Assembly (NCBI GenBank): GCA_964247055.1
Contig: OZ176050.1
Location: 3,534,001 to 3,598,000, forward strand
DNA: 64,000 nt
DNA from: Paragordius varius
Lineage: Eukaryota; Animalia; Nematomorpha
Direction of reading: 5' to 3'
Position numbers and translations under genes: made by a program. This document shows, piece after piece, positions 1-12,900 of this stretch. Below the pieces are notes generated by a model that was not told the origin of the DNA, made no database searches, and saw only the letters and a program-made list of their open reading frames with translations. How positions within the stretch are numbered: position 1 is the stretch's first letter; the number at the start of each line of letters is the position of its first letter.

Positions 1-746
1 CGGAAAAAAAAATTAAAATGAAAAGAATTGATAAAAAAATTATGTGTGTGCCAAAATTAAAATAGGTCTATAAATTTGTTCATGCAAAGAATGAAAGGAA
101 AACTGGCTACAAATTAAAGTTTAGGGGAGCAAAAAATTTAGGAACATACCTCCTACCTAAAACATAAAAAAATATTTTTATCCTACAAGGTTATATAGAA
201 AAAACAAATTATATGTTACGGAAATAATTTTAAAAATTTTCTGTTTGATATTTATAATTATTAAATTCAAACAAAACTTAATTTAGCTGAAACTTATATG
301 AAACAAAAATGAATTTTCAAAAGATTAAATTAGTAAAATATTAATTTATTTTGTGTTTATTTTTGAAGTCGCTTTTGCGGAAGCCGTAATTGAAAGGTTG
401 GCCTAAATCTGGAGTCTGATATTTATAGTTCGGCCACTGCGCGAATGGCTGCACTCATAAGCGATTTGTTCAAAACCCAACTCCATGTATAATTAGAGCA
501 GAAAATAAAATATTAAAATTAAAAAAGGCCATAGTTTTTTACCGCTAAAGGAATCATTTATTTTTTATTTTAACAAAGGGTACTCTATCAAATTATACAA
601 AAAAATTGTATAAATAAAAGGTAACATATTTATAAAAAAAATTATTCCAAAGCAGTGCAAAAGTCAGCGCAGTACAGGCGCGGTTTTTTTTCGAAAACCC
701 AGTACTGTACTGCGAAAAACAGCCTATCTGGTCACTTTATCTTAAA

Positions 747-1132
747 TAGATATTCATTATGTTCAGTATATTTCCCAACAAAGCTGTGAGTCATATATTC
801 CATTTTTCAATCAATAGCAGCATTTTTCAAAATGCGACACTTTTGAAGCAAAAACAACTAAAAAAATGCATCTGCTTAAAAAATTGCTGCGTTGTTTGAA
901 AAATTGAATATGATCTTTGAATAAATATGTAAACAATTGAATTCATTGACAAGAAAGAGTAACCAAAATTTAATTAAATTAAATAATCTATGATTAGGAA
1001 TTGAAATATAAAATAATTTAAAAAAAAATTTTCATCACAAATGTTTCAAATCGCCAAAAGTATCTTCCTAATAAAATTTTAAACTCTGACTCACAGCTTT
1101 GTTGGGAAATATACTGAATAATGAATATCTAA
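747..1132. mobile_element. MITE-like element with ~46-bp terminal inverted repeats and an internal hairpin
   Basis: 747-793 TAGATATTCATTATGTTCAGTATATTTCCCAACAAAGCTGTGAGTCA is the reverse complement of 1088-1132 apart from a 2-nt indel. A second imperfect inverted pair lies at ~791-830 / ~880-915. No clear target-site duplication. Confidence 0.6.
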
Positions 1133-1582
1133 CTAAAAGGTATGGATTAATATATTACATCTTCTTAATTCTAATTAATTCTAAACTTAAATAAATACAC
1201 AGGACACAAAAAAAGTATCGTAAAAATATATGCTTTGGTATGAAAATCTATCAAGATTTATATAGTGCTTTTGGTTTTGGGTTTGAATAAGGAATATATT
1301 CCTTTTTGCTGAAAATTTTCTATTAGTCGTAAAATTCGCTCATAAATTTTTAAAGAAAATTACCGGATTATTAGAGATTAATAAAAAACATCCTAAGCAA
1401 TGAATTAAAAGGTTAATTAAGTAAATTATTCGACCTGTTTTGGTACAATTTTATCACAAATTTATAAATTTTTAGATAAGAATTTTTCACGGTTAAGACA
1501 AAGAATAGCTTTTAATTATAAATTATCAATATAAAAAATCTAAAGTCTGAAATTTATTTTTTTTTAAATAAATTACATCCAG

Positions 1583-2729
1583 ACTGCGAAATTGAAAGTC
1601 TAGATATATCTTCTCACACGTCTTCCAAAGACAATGGGGGCCGCCAACCCCATATGGCTTCTGGCGAGACAAACAAATTAAGGAATTGTTTCAAGGTTAA
1701 GAAAAACGTAAACCGCGATAACTCGGATTCAACACATGCAACGACGTCAGCGATCACAGGTTTATATTTTTATTTTTTGTTACTGTAGAATGTGTTCCAT
1801 TTATATTTTAATAAATTTTTGGTATTGGATAAGAAATTTCCACGGTTAAGACAAAGAATAGCTTTAAATTTCTAAATTATCAATATAAAAAAATAATGTT
1901 TGCTAATTTTTTATATAAATTACATCCAGACTGCGAAATTGAAAGTCTAGATATACCTTCTCACACGTCCTCCAGATGCAATGGGGGCCGCCAACCCCAT
2001 ATGGATTCTGGCAAGACAAACAAATTAAGGAATTGGTTTGAATTCAAAACGGTTAAGAGAAACGTAAAAAACCGCGATAATTCGAATTCAACATCCAATA
2101 ATATTAATATCACAGAACCCCAAACCCAAATCCAGCCTTGCTCATCCAATCAAAATTTAAATCAAAAAAATAGATTTATGCACTTTAACTTTAAACGAAG
2201 GCAAAAAGCTTTGGTAAACAAACAAGCAACGACGTCAGCGATCCCAGGTTTATACTTTCATTTTTTGTTATTGTAGAATGTTTTTCATTAATATTTTTAT
2301 AAATTTTTGGATAAGAATTTTCCACGGTTAGGACAAGGCTTAGCTTTTAACTAAATTATTATTATAAGAAATGTAATGTCTGAAATTTAATTTTTTTATA
2401 TAAATTACACCCAGACTGAGAAATTGAAAGTCTAGATATACCATCTCACACACACAGTGACAATGGGGGCCGCCAACCTCACATGGCTTCTGGCGAGACA
2501 AACAATTTCAGGAATTGGTTCAAATTCAAAACGGTTAAGAGAAACGTAAAAAACCGCGATAACTCGGATTCATCTCCTAATATTAATATCATAGAACTCC
2601 AAACCCAAATCCAGCCTTGCTCCTCCAATCAAAATTTAAATCAAGAAAATAGATTTATGCACTTTTTTAAATTTAAAAGAAGGCAAAAAGCTTTAGTAAA
2701 CAAACAAGCAACGACGTCAGCGATTACAG
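1583..2729 (+). CDS. Three tandem copies of a phase-1/phase-1 exon-like unit of an unidentified protein (1583-1759, 1930-2247, 2415-2729); the third copy has an in-frame TGA
   Basis: Each copy follows TTACA(T/C)CCAG and ends CAG|GTTTAT. Lengths 177, 318 and 315 nt are all multiples of 3. Shared peptide DCEIESLDI...GGRQPHM(A/D)SG...ATTSAI(T/P)G. Flanking intron-like DNA is duplicated too. No family recognised. Confidence 0.5.
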
Positions 2730-4359
2730 GTTTATATTTTTTGGCCAAAGAATGTCTGTTTTTTATAGTAGTAATATCCATTATGCTTAATAATGATATA
2801 ATTAACATTTAATTTTACTAACATCCAAATCCAAAAACAAAACAATTCAAAATCCTTCCCCTTTATCCAATACATAATATGCAGAATACTCAAAATTTAA
2901 AAAATGATCGTAATATTTGCAAAAAGAAAAACAATGGACGTTTAAGTGCTAAAGAATTACAAAAGTTAAATGATATCGCCAATCTTAATATACACGAAAA
3001 CAATAATAATCGGAATAGTTAATGCCCCCAGATCAATCCATTATTTTATTTGTTCCACAAAAAAAAGAAATCAAATCTATGTCTTGGCCACATAATAATA
3101 TTGATTGAAATGGCAAAGTATCTTGGTATAATTCAGAAATACATCAATATTTATACTTTAAAAAATGCGATATTTTTTTATTTACCATAAACACGTATAA
3201 AAAAGATAAAATATTAATATTTTTTTATACAGCAAAAAATAATTAAAATGTATTCAGTTTTTTGGGGTAGTTATAGAAGAGCGATTTATATATATAACGT
3301 GGAAAATATTTAAAATAATGGACCATTAAAATTGTTCCTTCAAGAGAATTATAAGGAATAGGAAAAATATTTTATAAAATTGAAATAAACTGATAACCTT
3401 TTTTGCGGCCTTTTTTTTTCTTGATTTTCTTTTAAATCGTAAATGCTACAGGCAAATAAATTTAATGTGTAGATTTACTATATAAAGAATCAACTTTAGA
3501 AATTTTAAGTTAAGATTTTTGTATTGGCTTTTAAAATCAGCTGTTTTAACCAAAACTCAACACTAATATATTTATATAAGTTTGGAAACAGAGAACTTTA
3601 GTAAAATGTATTCGTACAGAAAAATGAAAATGTAAAGACGTATTATTTGAATAATTTTTTTACATCTCACAGAAAACAAAATGACCAATGATTTTCAATC
3701 CCCTCCGCCGTCAAGTCCTAGCAAAAAAATGAAAGAAAATTATAGTTAATAGAAGAAATTAAAAGCTTATATTTGTTTATATATTTATTATAATCGAGAT
3801 CGCAATAAAGTTTCCGTATAATTGAAAATTATAATAAAATCAATACTATTTTATCAAGTATTTTGGGTGTTCTATATCAGCCGTATGCGATCTTAAAAGA
3901 GCTATGCTGGAGAACCCTTTTTCTGTTGCTTAAAAATACACATTTATTTTTATTTTTGAGTTAAAAATAATTGTTTTGATATTTATAATTATGGTAATTT
4001 TCTAATACTCATTGTATTATTTTATTATATATAAACTGTGATAAGAATAAAGAGTTAGTGAGTTTTGCCAAAATGTCTCGAAAAAGAAAAATTAACACAT
4101 GCTCGACGACATATTAAAAATGTTTCATAGCTTTTAATTAACATTTAAATATTTCTATAATATATTCGAATATGTCTTTTATTTGGTAAAAAATATTTTT
4201 AATTATAAACTAACACAGGTGGCATATTAACAATATGCTACCCTCAAAAAATCTTGGCATCTAATTTTAAGTTTCTGCATATATGGTAACTATTTTATAT
4301 TTATCGGTATTAGTTCAAAAAAATTTGGATTTTTAGAGAGTACCGCTGCTTTACATATA

Positions 4360-5414
4360 TTCTGGTGGTAATATCAGGATTAGGGCTCTCTGTTTTGACC
4401 CTTAGGAAGGATTTAAGTAAATTATTTTCATTTATGTGATAAGAGTTCCACATCAGAAAATGGCAAAATTTGCGCACATAAAATTTTTTTGGTGAAAGCT
4501 AGAGGCTTCATCCCTAAGGACATGAGTAAATATATTTTGAGCTTTAAAAAGCAAAACAATATTAATTTTAGGTGTGGGCTCTAAAAGTCTCCCATATTGC
4601 GCTTATAAAATGGCCTCCTCTAAAATTGAAGGGAAAAATGCTATTTGCGCGATAAATAATATAAAATATATAAATTATGATATGAATGCATATTATTTTC
4701 AAAAATTAAATTTTATGCAAAATATGTTAAAGTATACATCCTATTATTTTGAGTCATTATGCAAACGGTTTAAACTCTTTAAATTTTAAAAAACTTTTTT
4801 TCTATAATTCAATGATGCTGACATTTCTATCATTTAAGATCGAAATTATCGTCCCTCTTCAAATTTTTGTTAAATAAATATTGTTTTTTATAAAAATTAC
4901 CAAATTTTATAAGCAAACGGAACCTTAAAATTTAAAGTCGCAGTGATATAAATGATCGGCATCATTTATTTTAAAAAAAGTTTTAAAACGTCTTATAGCG
5001 TTTTTAAGCCGTTTCCATCATGACTGGTACGCTTCAACTAAATTTTGTAAAAAAAAATTGCATTTTTGAAAAATATTTTTTTGATAAAATTTTATATTAA
5101 ATTTTTAAGACGCTATCCCGGCATTTTTTAGTTTATTGAAAATAGCCCATTTTAAAGAGATAAAAACATTTGGAACTTTCGGAGCCCACATATAAAAATT
5201 ATTTTTTTTGAAAATGTTTTGCTTTTCATAGTTATTTTATAATATATTCTATTAATACATTTTTGGATTATCTTTAGCTTTCACCAAAAAAATATTTTAA
5301 AAAATAGGCGCAAATTACTGATATGAAGCAATTACCATGAAAGTGTAAATAACATTCTTAAATCCCTCCTAAGGGCTTAAAAGCATTAACCTGATTGATA
5401 CATTTCCTTCAGAA
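4360..5414. mobile_element. TA-flanked MITE with ~250-bp inverted arms (family Y, Tc1/mariner-like non-autonomous)
   Basis: 4360-4600 is the imperfect reverse complement of ~5170-5414; ends read TA|TTCTG...CAGAA|TA. Related pieces occur at ~52060-52538, ~56285-56990 and ~59190-59497. Confidence 0.6.
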
Positions 5415-5638
5415 TATATATTTCATCATACGTTTTTTGTGGACACTAAGTAATTGATATCGGAGAGTAAATATATATATATATATATATATGATAGATA
5501 ATATCGTTCATGGTCCTTTTGTTTTCGGGCTTATGAATAATTTCAAAAAAATTAATCCGACTATTACTCCATATCGAAAATCGCAAAATTTGCGAAAATT
5601 ATGGTAAATAATTATTTTTGGTTAGTTCAAGTTATCAA

Positions 5639-5780
5639 CACTTAATTACATATCAAACATACATGTCCTTTGATTCAAATTAGGGGAGTTGACGACGCCA
5701 TGCCTTGTTAAATCATTACTTTATATACAAAATGTATCCTTTCAAAAGTTTGCTAAATAACTTGTATACATCAATTTATA
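5639..5780. mobile_element. Diverged end of family W piggyBac-like MITE
   Basis: CACTT...GTCCTTTGATTCAAATTAGGGG resembles the W end at 36555 and the reverse complement of 18670-18733. Confidence 0.35.
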
Positions 5781-6982
5781 AATAGCGATTCATTCAAAAT
5801 GACTTAAGTTTATAAAATGAAGATAAAAATTTAAGCAAAATGATAAATTATTATAATGTAATTTTTCTTGGCAAATTGGGACTGCAGACAAACTTGAAAC
5901 TCTAATAATTTAGAAGTGTTAATTGAGCTTTTTTTGTTGAATATAATAAAACAGAAATAACATTAGTTATGAAAAAAACATTAATATCAAAACTTCCTTA
6001 ACACCATTATTATTTTTACATATCAAAATACCCATCTTAAGTTAACCGAAAAATTAAAGTTTATTCATAATTATAATAATTTTTCCATTATAATTAATGA
6101 TAAAGTTGGTAATATAAATTTAGCTAATGCACTCATGTCAAATAATTTAAATGCGCTAAGAAATACCTATGTTATAAGCATAATATTCTCACGAATGAAT
6201 TTTAGATTTTGATGCATTAATGGTTTATAAGTGCATACATATATTTTAAAAATATTGATTTTAAACAGACTTGAGGTCTTCAACTACTCCTATCATCGAC
6301 ATCAATCATAATTTTTACTCAAATGTTAAATAACTAATTTATTGAGAAACTAAAAAACATGATATACTAAAAATTGTAAAACAAACATTATATGGGGAAC
6401 TTTACTAAACCAAATTTATTTATCTATTTTAGCTTTTTCAAAATATTTTTATTGAGATAAAAGCAAAAATTAAATTGGGACTGCCTTTTTTCAGTATTTT
6501 TATATTTATGATCATCACAGTAATTTAATTGGCTAAAGGGTATATATGCCAGTGAGCATGTATCAGAGTTTCTATTTTGTAGTTGCCCAGTAAATTCATA
6601 TTCTGGAGTAAAAAACCGTCTGTTCGCAATGCAATATTTTGTTAGCAATATTTAATTGGAAAAGTTGAAAGCAATAAAAAATTTACATAATTTTTAACAG
6701 GGTATTTTTATAGCCCATTAAATTTTTTGGAATGATTTCAATATTATCTATTTATTTTTATAGTTTAAGCTATGCGAATTCGGACTCAAAATTAGAAAAC
6801 TGTAAAATTTTAAGTTTTTTTATCTTATATTGGAAGGGATTAAGAATTATTTTTATGTTGAGTATACCATCATTCATTGAATTCAATGGTATAAATAAAA
6901 TAATTTATTTAGAATAAACTATTAAATAACCAATAAATAAATAAATGATTGCATTTAATAAAAATAATGATGAATTCCTCTG

Positions 6983-9900
6983 TTAACGACTTTCAATTTG
7001 TTCCACAATCAAACACTTAATTAACTTTGTGGCGTCACCAGCAAGGTCAGGAATGTAAAATTTATCACTAGCATCTACTTCAATCACGCATTTGCTCTCT
7101 AAAGTGATATATGGATAAAAGGTAACAATAGCGTAAATAATTAAAAAAATATGGTTTTTACAATAAAAACCATATTTTTTTAACTTATTTTTTAAAACAA
7201 CATATTTATTGTGTTGAAATAAGAAACAGAGATATAAATTTATAAACTCAATTATTTATCGTTTACGTAAATATTATGGTTTAACAACGTATGGTTTTCC
7301 TTCCACAAAAAATATATGCCTTTTAGTAACATTTTGCCTGTATATTATCCATTTTTACAGTATGATAATAAAATAAAAAAATTTAAATAAATCATTTTAT
7401 CTTCTTATTTAAAAATTTGGCTCTCAATAAAATTTAAACCTTTAGTGGAACCAGGGGAATCATTACCATCAACAGCAGATTCTATGTGATCAGTTAAAAC
7501 ACGGCCGTATTTAAAAGTAATTATTTCAGGATTTTTACGGCGTGAATTTATTTTAACAATTGATTGGAGTGGCCGAGAAAAGCTACACATGTATTTAAGA
7601 TTGTTCTCTATTGTATAGCAGAAAAATGATAATGATAACTTTTCTACAAACTTTTTTTAAAATACAGGTGAAAATTTACAAGGTAATCATAATTATGGGA
7701 ACAAATATTTTAATTAATAAATGTTACCATCATTGGTTAATATTTAAATTTTATGAAAAGCAATGTAATGGTGATTACGTTTTAATGCATCATATTTAAA
7801 CATAAACAAAAAAAAATAAAATTACCAATAGATAACTCGGCATTTTTCTGTGCAGTTGGAGCTTTCAACACATAAATATGGTTGGCATTGACCAACAAAA
7901 TACTATAATTATATTACACATATAAATATAAAGTATATAATATGAAAACGAAAACATTAAAAAAGGTGTAAAATGCAGTAAAAATATATTTAACCATAGA
8001 CACCAATATGTTAAACTCAAAATATAGATGTGAAAACTAACCTGGGCAAGTTGTTATTGCGAACCAAATGATAACAAGGAAACGTCTGTAAGGCTTCCAA
8101 TTTAGTTTTCCATTCTGATTCTGTCATATATTGTAATTTGGATTTATCTATCAGTCCATTTGCATTTGTCAATGAAGTATCATTTGCGCTACCTATAAAA
8201 TTGTTATATTAAAAAAACGAAAGTATTTAATGGAAAAAATAGATTTCCAAAATATAAAAATTTCAAAAATTACGGGACAATTAATTTATTAACATAATAC
8301 ATACCTTTTTCAGCATTATTAACAACAAATGGCTCATCTGGTTCAGATTCATCGTTATCATCCATGGAAAAGACTGATACTCGATTACTATTCTTGCCAT
8401 TTTTGTTTTGATATGATGAAAAACTCAAATCGTCAGGCGAAAAATTTCTAATAATTCGTTAAAGTATAATAACTAAATATCTGCATATATATAGCATCTT
8501 CGGCCGTATAACAGCCCAAAATAATTGCTATTAATACAAGGGTGACTGTCAGATAATATTAACAACCCAGGAATAAAAATAATATTTTGCGATAAAATGC
8601 AATAAAAAAAAATAAATACAGGTTTGATATGCTGTAATCGGAATGAGAAGCAGACGGCACCATATAATTGTTAATACGTTCCTTAATCTCCTTCGTTTTA
8701 AATTTCATAGCAGTAGAAAATTTGTCCAAAAAACCAGACTAAAATTAAATTTAAGTATAAAAAAATGGAAAAAAAATAACTATAGTTATATAAAATATTG
8801 TAAAAACAAAATGTTCAAAGTAATTGACAAATATATTTTGAAAGACAACCATTTTTTTGAAAGACAACTATATGTATTAATTTTGGGTTGTAAAATAGGG
8901 AAAGATATAAATTAATGACGTCTAAATTATAAGTATTAAAAATTAGAGATTTACATGGTTATAGTAGCTCTAGCTAAGAAAAAATTTGGATTTTGGTTTT
9001 TACATTTCTTTATAAATTTAATTTTATTGTTAAAATAGCATTATTCAATTATACATCAAAACTTTTGGATGTTAAGGATGATTTGTTATGCGATATTTGC
9101 GGATTAGAAGCTTGATAACTCTGAGAACTGCGAACGCATTCAACGCATTCTCGCTTATTGTGCTGGGCAAAATTGGCATTCAAATCATTTTGAAGTGCTT
9201 CGTGAAGCCCTAAATTTTAAAACATAGTATTAAAAACCGTTATATGAACTAATTTATTATTATAATTTTTGAGTGTTTGCCAAAAATGCTGAAAAATATT
9301 ACTGATATAGTTTGTTTTATCGATAAGATACCGGAAACGTTAAAAAACTGTTTCAATTTATATATAATTGAATAGTTAATTAACTTCTTAAATAATATAA
9401 ATTGTAGTCCTTGTATAGCATCAAACTATTTGACCAATAAAAATACCGCAAAGTTACCTTATATTAATAAAATAATCATATATAAAATTGTTACATCTAA
9501 GTACATACTTTTCGATTCGTTTATTTTTTTATTTATTATGCAAGCCAAACATTTTCGTAAAAATCAAATGATTCAATGATATTTATTTAATAATTTATCT
9601 AATATTTAATCTTAGTCATCAAAATATTGATTCTGTAAAATGTTACACTCACCCTGATAACCATCACGCAATATGCTGATATGTTGATAATTGTGTCGTA
9701 AAAAGTAAGAAGCCACCATATTTATTAGTGATGTAGATGCCATATACATATCATCTTTAGCGGAACTATTTCCTCCATTTTCAACAATATTTTCAGCTAT
9801 TTTTATTACATAAAATTCTAAATACTGAATTTGTATTAATTTATCGAATGAATAAGCTTACATAAAAACCGCAACTAAAAACTGATTATAACACAATCTT

Positions 9901-12900
9901 CTGATTTAAAAAAAGTTGACTTTTTTACACAATCGTCTTATGAGGCCAAAACAATCAAAAATAATATTATAGGAATAAAGGAAGAATTTTATATTTTTTT
10001 TAAAAAAGGATCATGACAGTTTTAATTATTCGCGGGGTCATTGTAAGAAGGTAAATATTTTTTAATAACTTTCCTAATAATATATATTGTATAATTTTTA
10101 TTTTTAAGTATATGAAAAAGTGTTTTTAGATAAAATACCTGCATTTTTCAAATCATTTCCCATACCCATAAAACAAATGTGCTTCCCAGAGGCCAAAGAT
10201 CTGATTTTAATTGAATTCTTTTGTACGACCATAAGGGCCGCAACAGCGTTTTCAAATTGCGATATATCATCCAACATCTGGTAATGCATGATTTATATAA
10301 AAAAGGGTATTAAATATAAAAAATTTAATTTAAATAACCAAGATAAGATAAGTTTTGGAATCTTAAAATTTAAATTATAACAAAAAACGGTCTGACGGTT
10401 CATCAAAACCCGCGTCCATACGTTTCCAGATATAAAGAATTTATGTAAACCCCTATCAATAATTTATTACATATAAACTTTTATGCAGATTGGAATTTTC
10501 CCGAAATTTGAAACATATAAAACCCCATAACTTAAATCAAAATATAACTCTCTAATACTTTTTGCCTATTTTGATCCATTTTTTACCTGACTAAATATTT
10601 TCATATTGAACCTATCTCTTTCGAATTCATCAGCTATTTCCATACCCTTTTTGTTGGCTTATGATGGTCAGATGCCAACAAAATTGTATTAGAATAGGGG
10701 TGGAATAATTAACCAGTATAAACACTTATTCAGCTATAAACATATCTCTACAAGAACAAAATGTAAACGATTGAGGTTAGGCCTACAATAACGTTTGTGA
10801 AACATGGCAAATGAAGAAAAATATAAGAGAATATGCTCGACAATAAGGAACAAAAAATGATGAATACTATCCAAGCGAACAGTTTTCCATAATAATATAC
10901 CAATTTCAAAATACATCCGGATCCGTAGGCTAGGCTACTACGGACATTTACAAAGATTAAATAATGATAATTGGAAAAAAAATATAATAAATTTCAAGCC
11001 TAAGAACAAAACTAGAGTTGGCCGTCCAGTAATAACATGGAACATAAAACAAAAAGCCGGTGATTGGTTAAACAAAATTTTTTTCAATGTATTGCGAACT
11101 AAAAAACGCCATTAGAAGGGGAGATAGAGAATAGCCATCTATCTATTTATCTGGTTAATTTAAAACAATTAACCGTAATCATCACCCAAACTATATCTTA
11201 ACGCAGAATCTGAAACGTTACTAAATTTTTTTGACAAACAACTAAAGATTTTAGCTCAGGAGCGCAATTTAGAAAAAAAACGTGAGAAAGATACCGCAAA
11301 GAAAAAAAAACTACCCGTTTATATGGCTATATCAAAATTTATAAGCGCATTTCTAATATACTCGTGTTAATTAGTAATTCCTGAATAAGTCAAAAAAATC
11401 TTACCAAAGTTGCATCCAAATGAAAAGCGGTTGGATGATGTCCATTATTATATTGATCAGCAGGTCGGCAGTCCACCAAGAAAAATGTCATAATATCCGA
11501 TTCCAATTTACCTTCCTAGTTTATTCATAAATTTCAAATTAAGTAAAAACGCAAGTAATACGCATAATAAAAAAAGTAGTTAGTTTTAAAAATATGTGTT
11601 AGTTTAAACAAAAACCTTTGCTTGATTTTGTTGAGCGTTTTTTGATTCAAGTAATTCGGCTATTGATATGTGGATACATAAATCAGTATATAAGGGAAAT
11701 GCTAAAATATCAGTCTCTGAGTTTTCAACCGCAGGTAAGACTTTTATCACATCATAAAAATCCTAAAAAATATATGTATTGGTATGTGGTTAAATCTTTC
11801 AATTCGGATTGATTCAAAAAGCAATTTAAAGATAATCCTAATATATATATATGTAAAAGATCTCCTATTATACTATAGTTTTAGCCACCATATATCTTAT
11901 CAAACTTTCAGATGAAAGAAAAATACATATATGTTAATCAAAGAAATACGTTAACCTAATTAAAAAATAATATTTTTAAAAAAACAAATTATCTACATAT
12001 TAAATAGATTGTTAATTATTCGAAAAAAAAATGTTATAAAATGAATATAATAACTTTGATTAGTGAATAAGGTGTTTGTTGTTGATAAAAAAAGATGAGA
12101 GATACAATGTCGGGAATATCCTCGTCTGTCATAGAGGTTGGAATGTTCTTGATAAAATCTAAAAAAAATTGTTTTAACTAAATAATTTACCCATAATTTG
12201 TATAAAATAAATATTTTAATATTGATAAAATGGTATATTAATATAAATAATGGATTTTTTAAAAACATGCACAAACAAAATAAATTGAAAAGTCAATCAG
12301 TAGATATTAAGCAAGAAATTTTTAACAAGACGATAAAAAGTATTTTAAAAACTTTAATATTTATTGAAATTTGTTTATATAATAGATCGCAACCTACATT
12401 GTAAGAAGGCATTATTTTAAATGAATATTATTGAAATTATATTAAAAAATTAAATTAATTATGTATATTTAAGATAAAAGAATACCGATAATTTCTTCAT
12501 TGGTTTTATTATGATAGGTCTTCAATAGAGTGTCTCTAAAGTAGTTTAAAATATATGGATACAATTTTGGTTCATAAATCAATTAATGATTATTATTCTA
12601 TATTATTAATTTATTTTAATAATAGTAGAGAAACACTAATGATTATTTGACTGCCATCTATTCTTCAGACAATTTAGGCAGTTTTATTTAATTGTATTTT
12701 TAAAAAAATTAATTAATTTACTATAAAAATCGTTTTTTAAGGTTTATCACAGAAAAAGTTAAAACCATTTTTATATCATTTCTCAAACCTGATGGTTGTT
12801 TTTATCCATAAAATATTTGATATTTACAATTTTAACCGAAATATATGTATCATCAAATTATCAGAAACAATTTAAACAGTAAATTTCCTTGTTTAATCAT

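Noticed and set aside
360-490. GC-richer island with a short open frame on the minus strand
   Set aside because: No recognisable motif or convincing splice sites; it may belong to a gene or TE outside the window.
6270-6917. Short ORFs and exon-like patches downstream of TBC1D23 (6424-6648, 6732-6917)
   Set aside because: No consistent spliced model or homology could be built.
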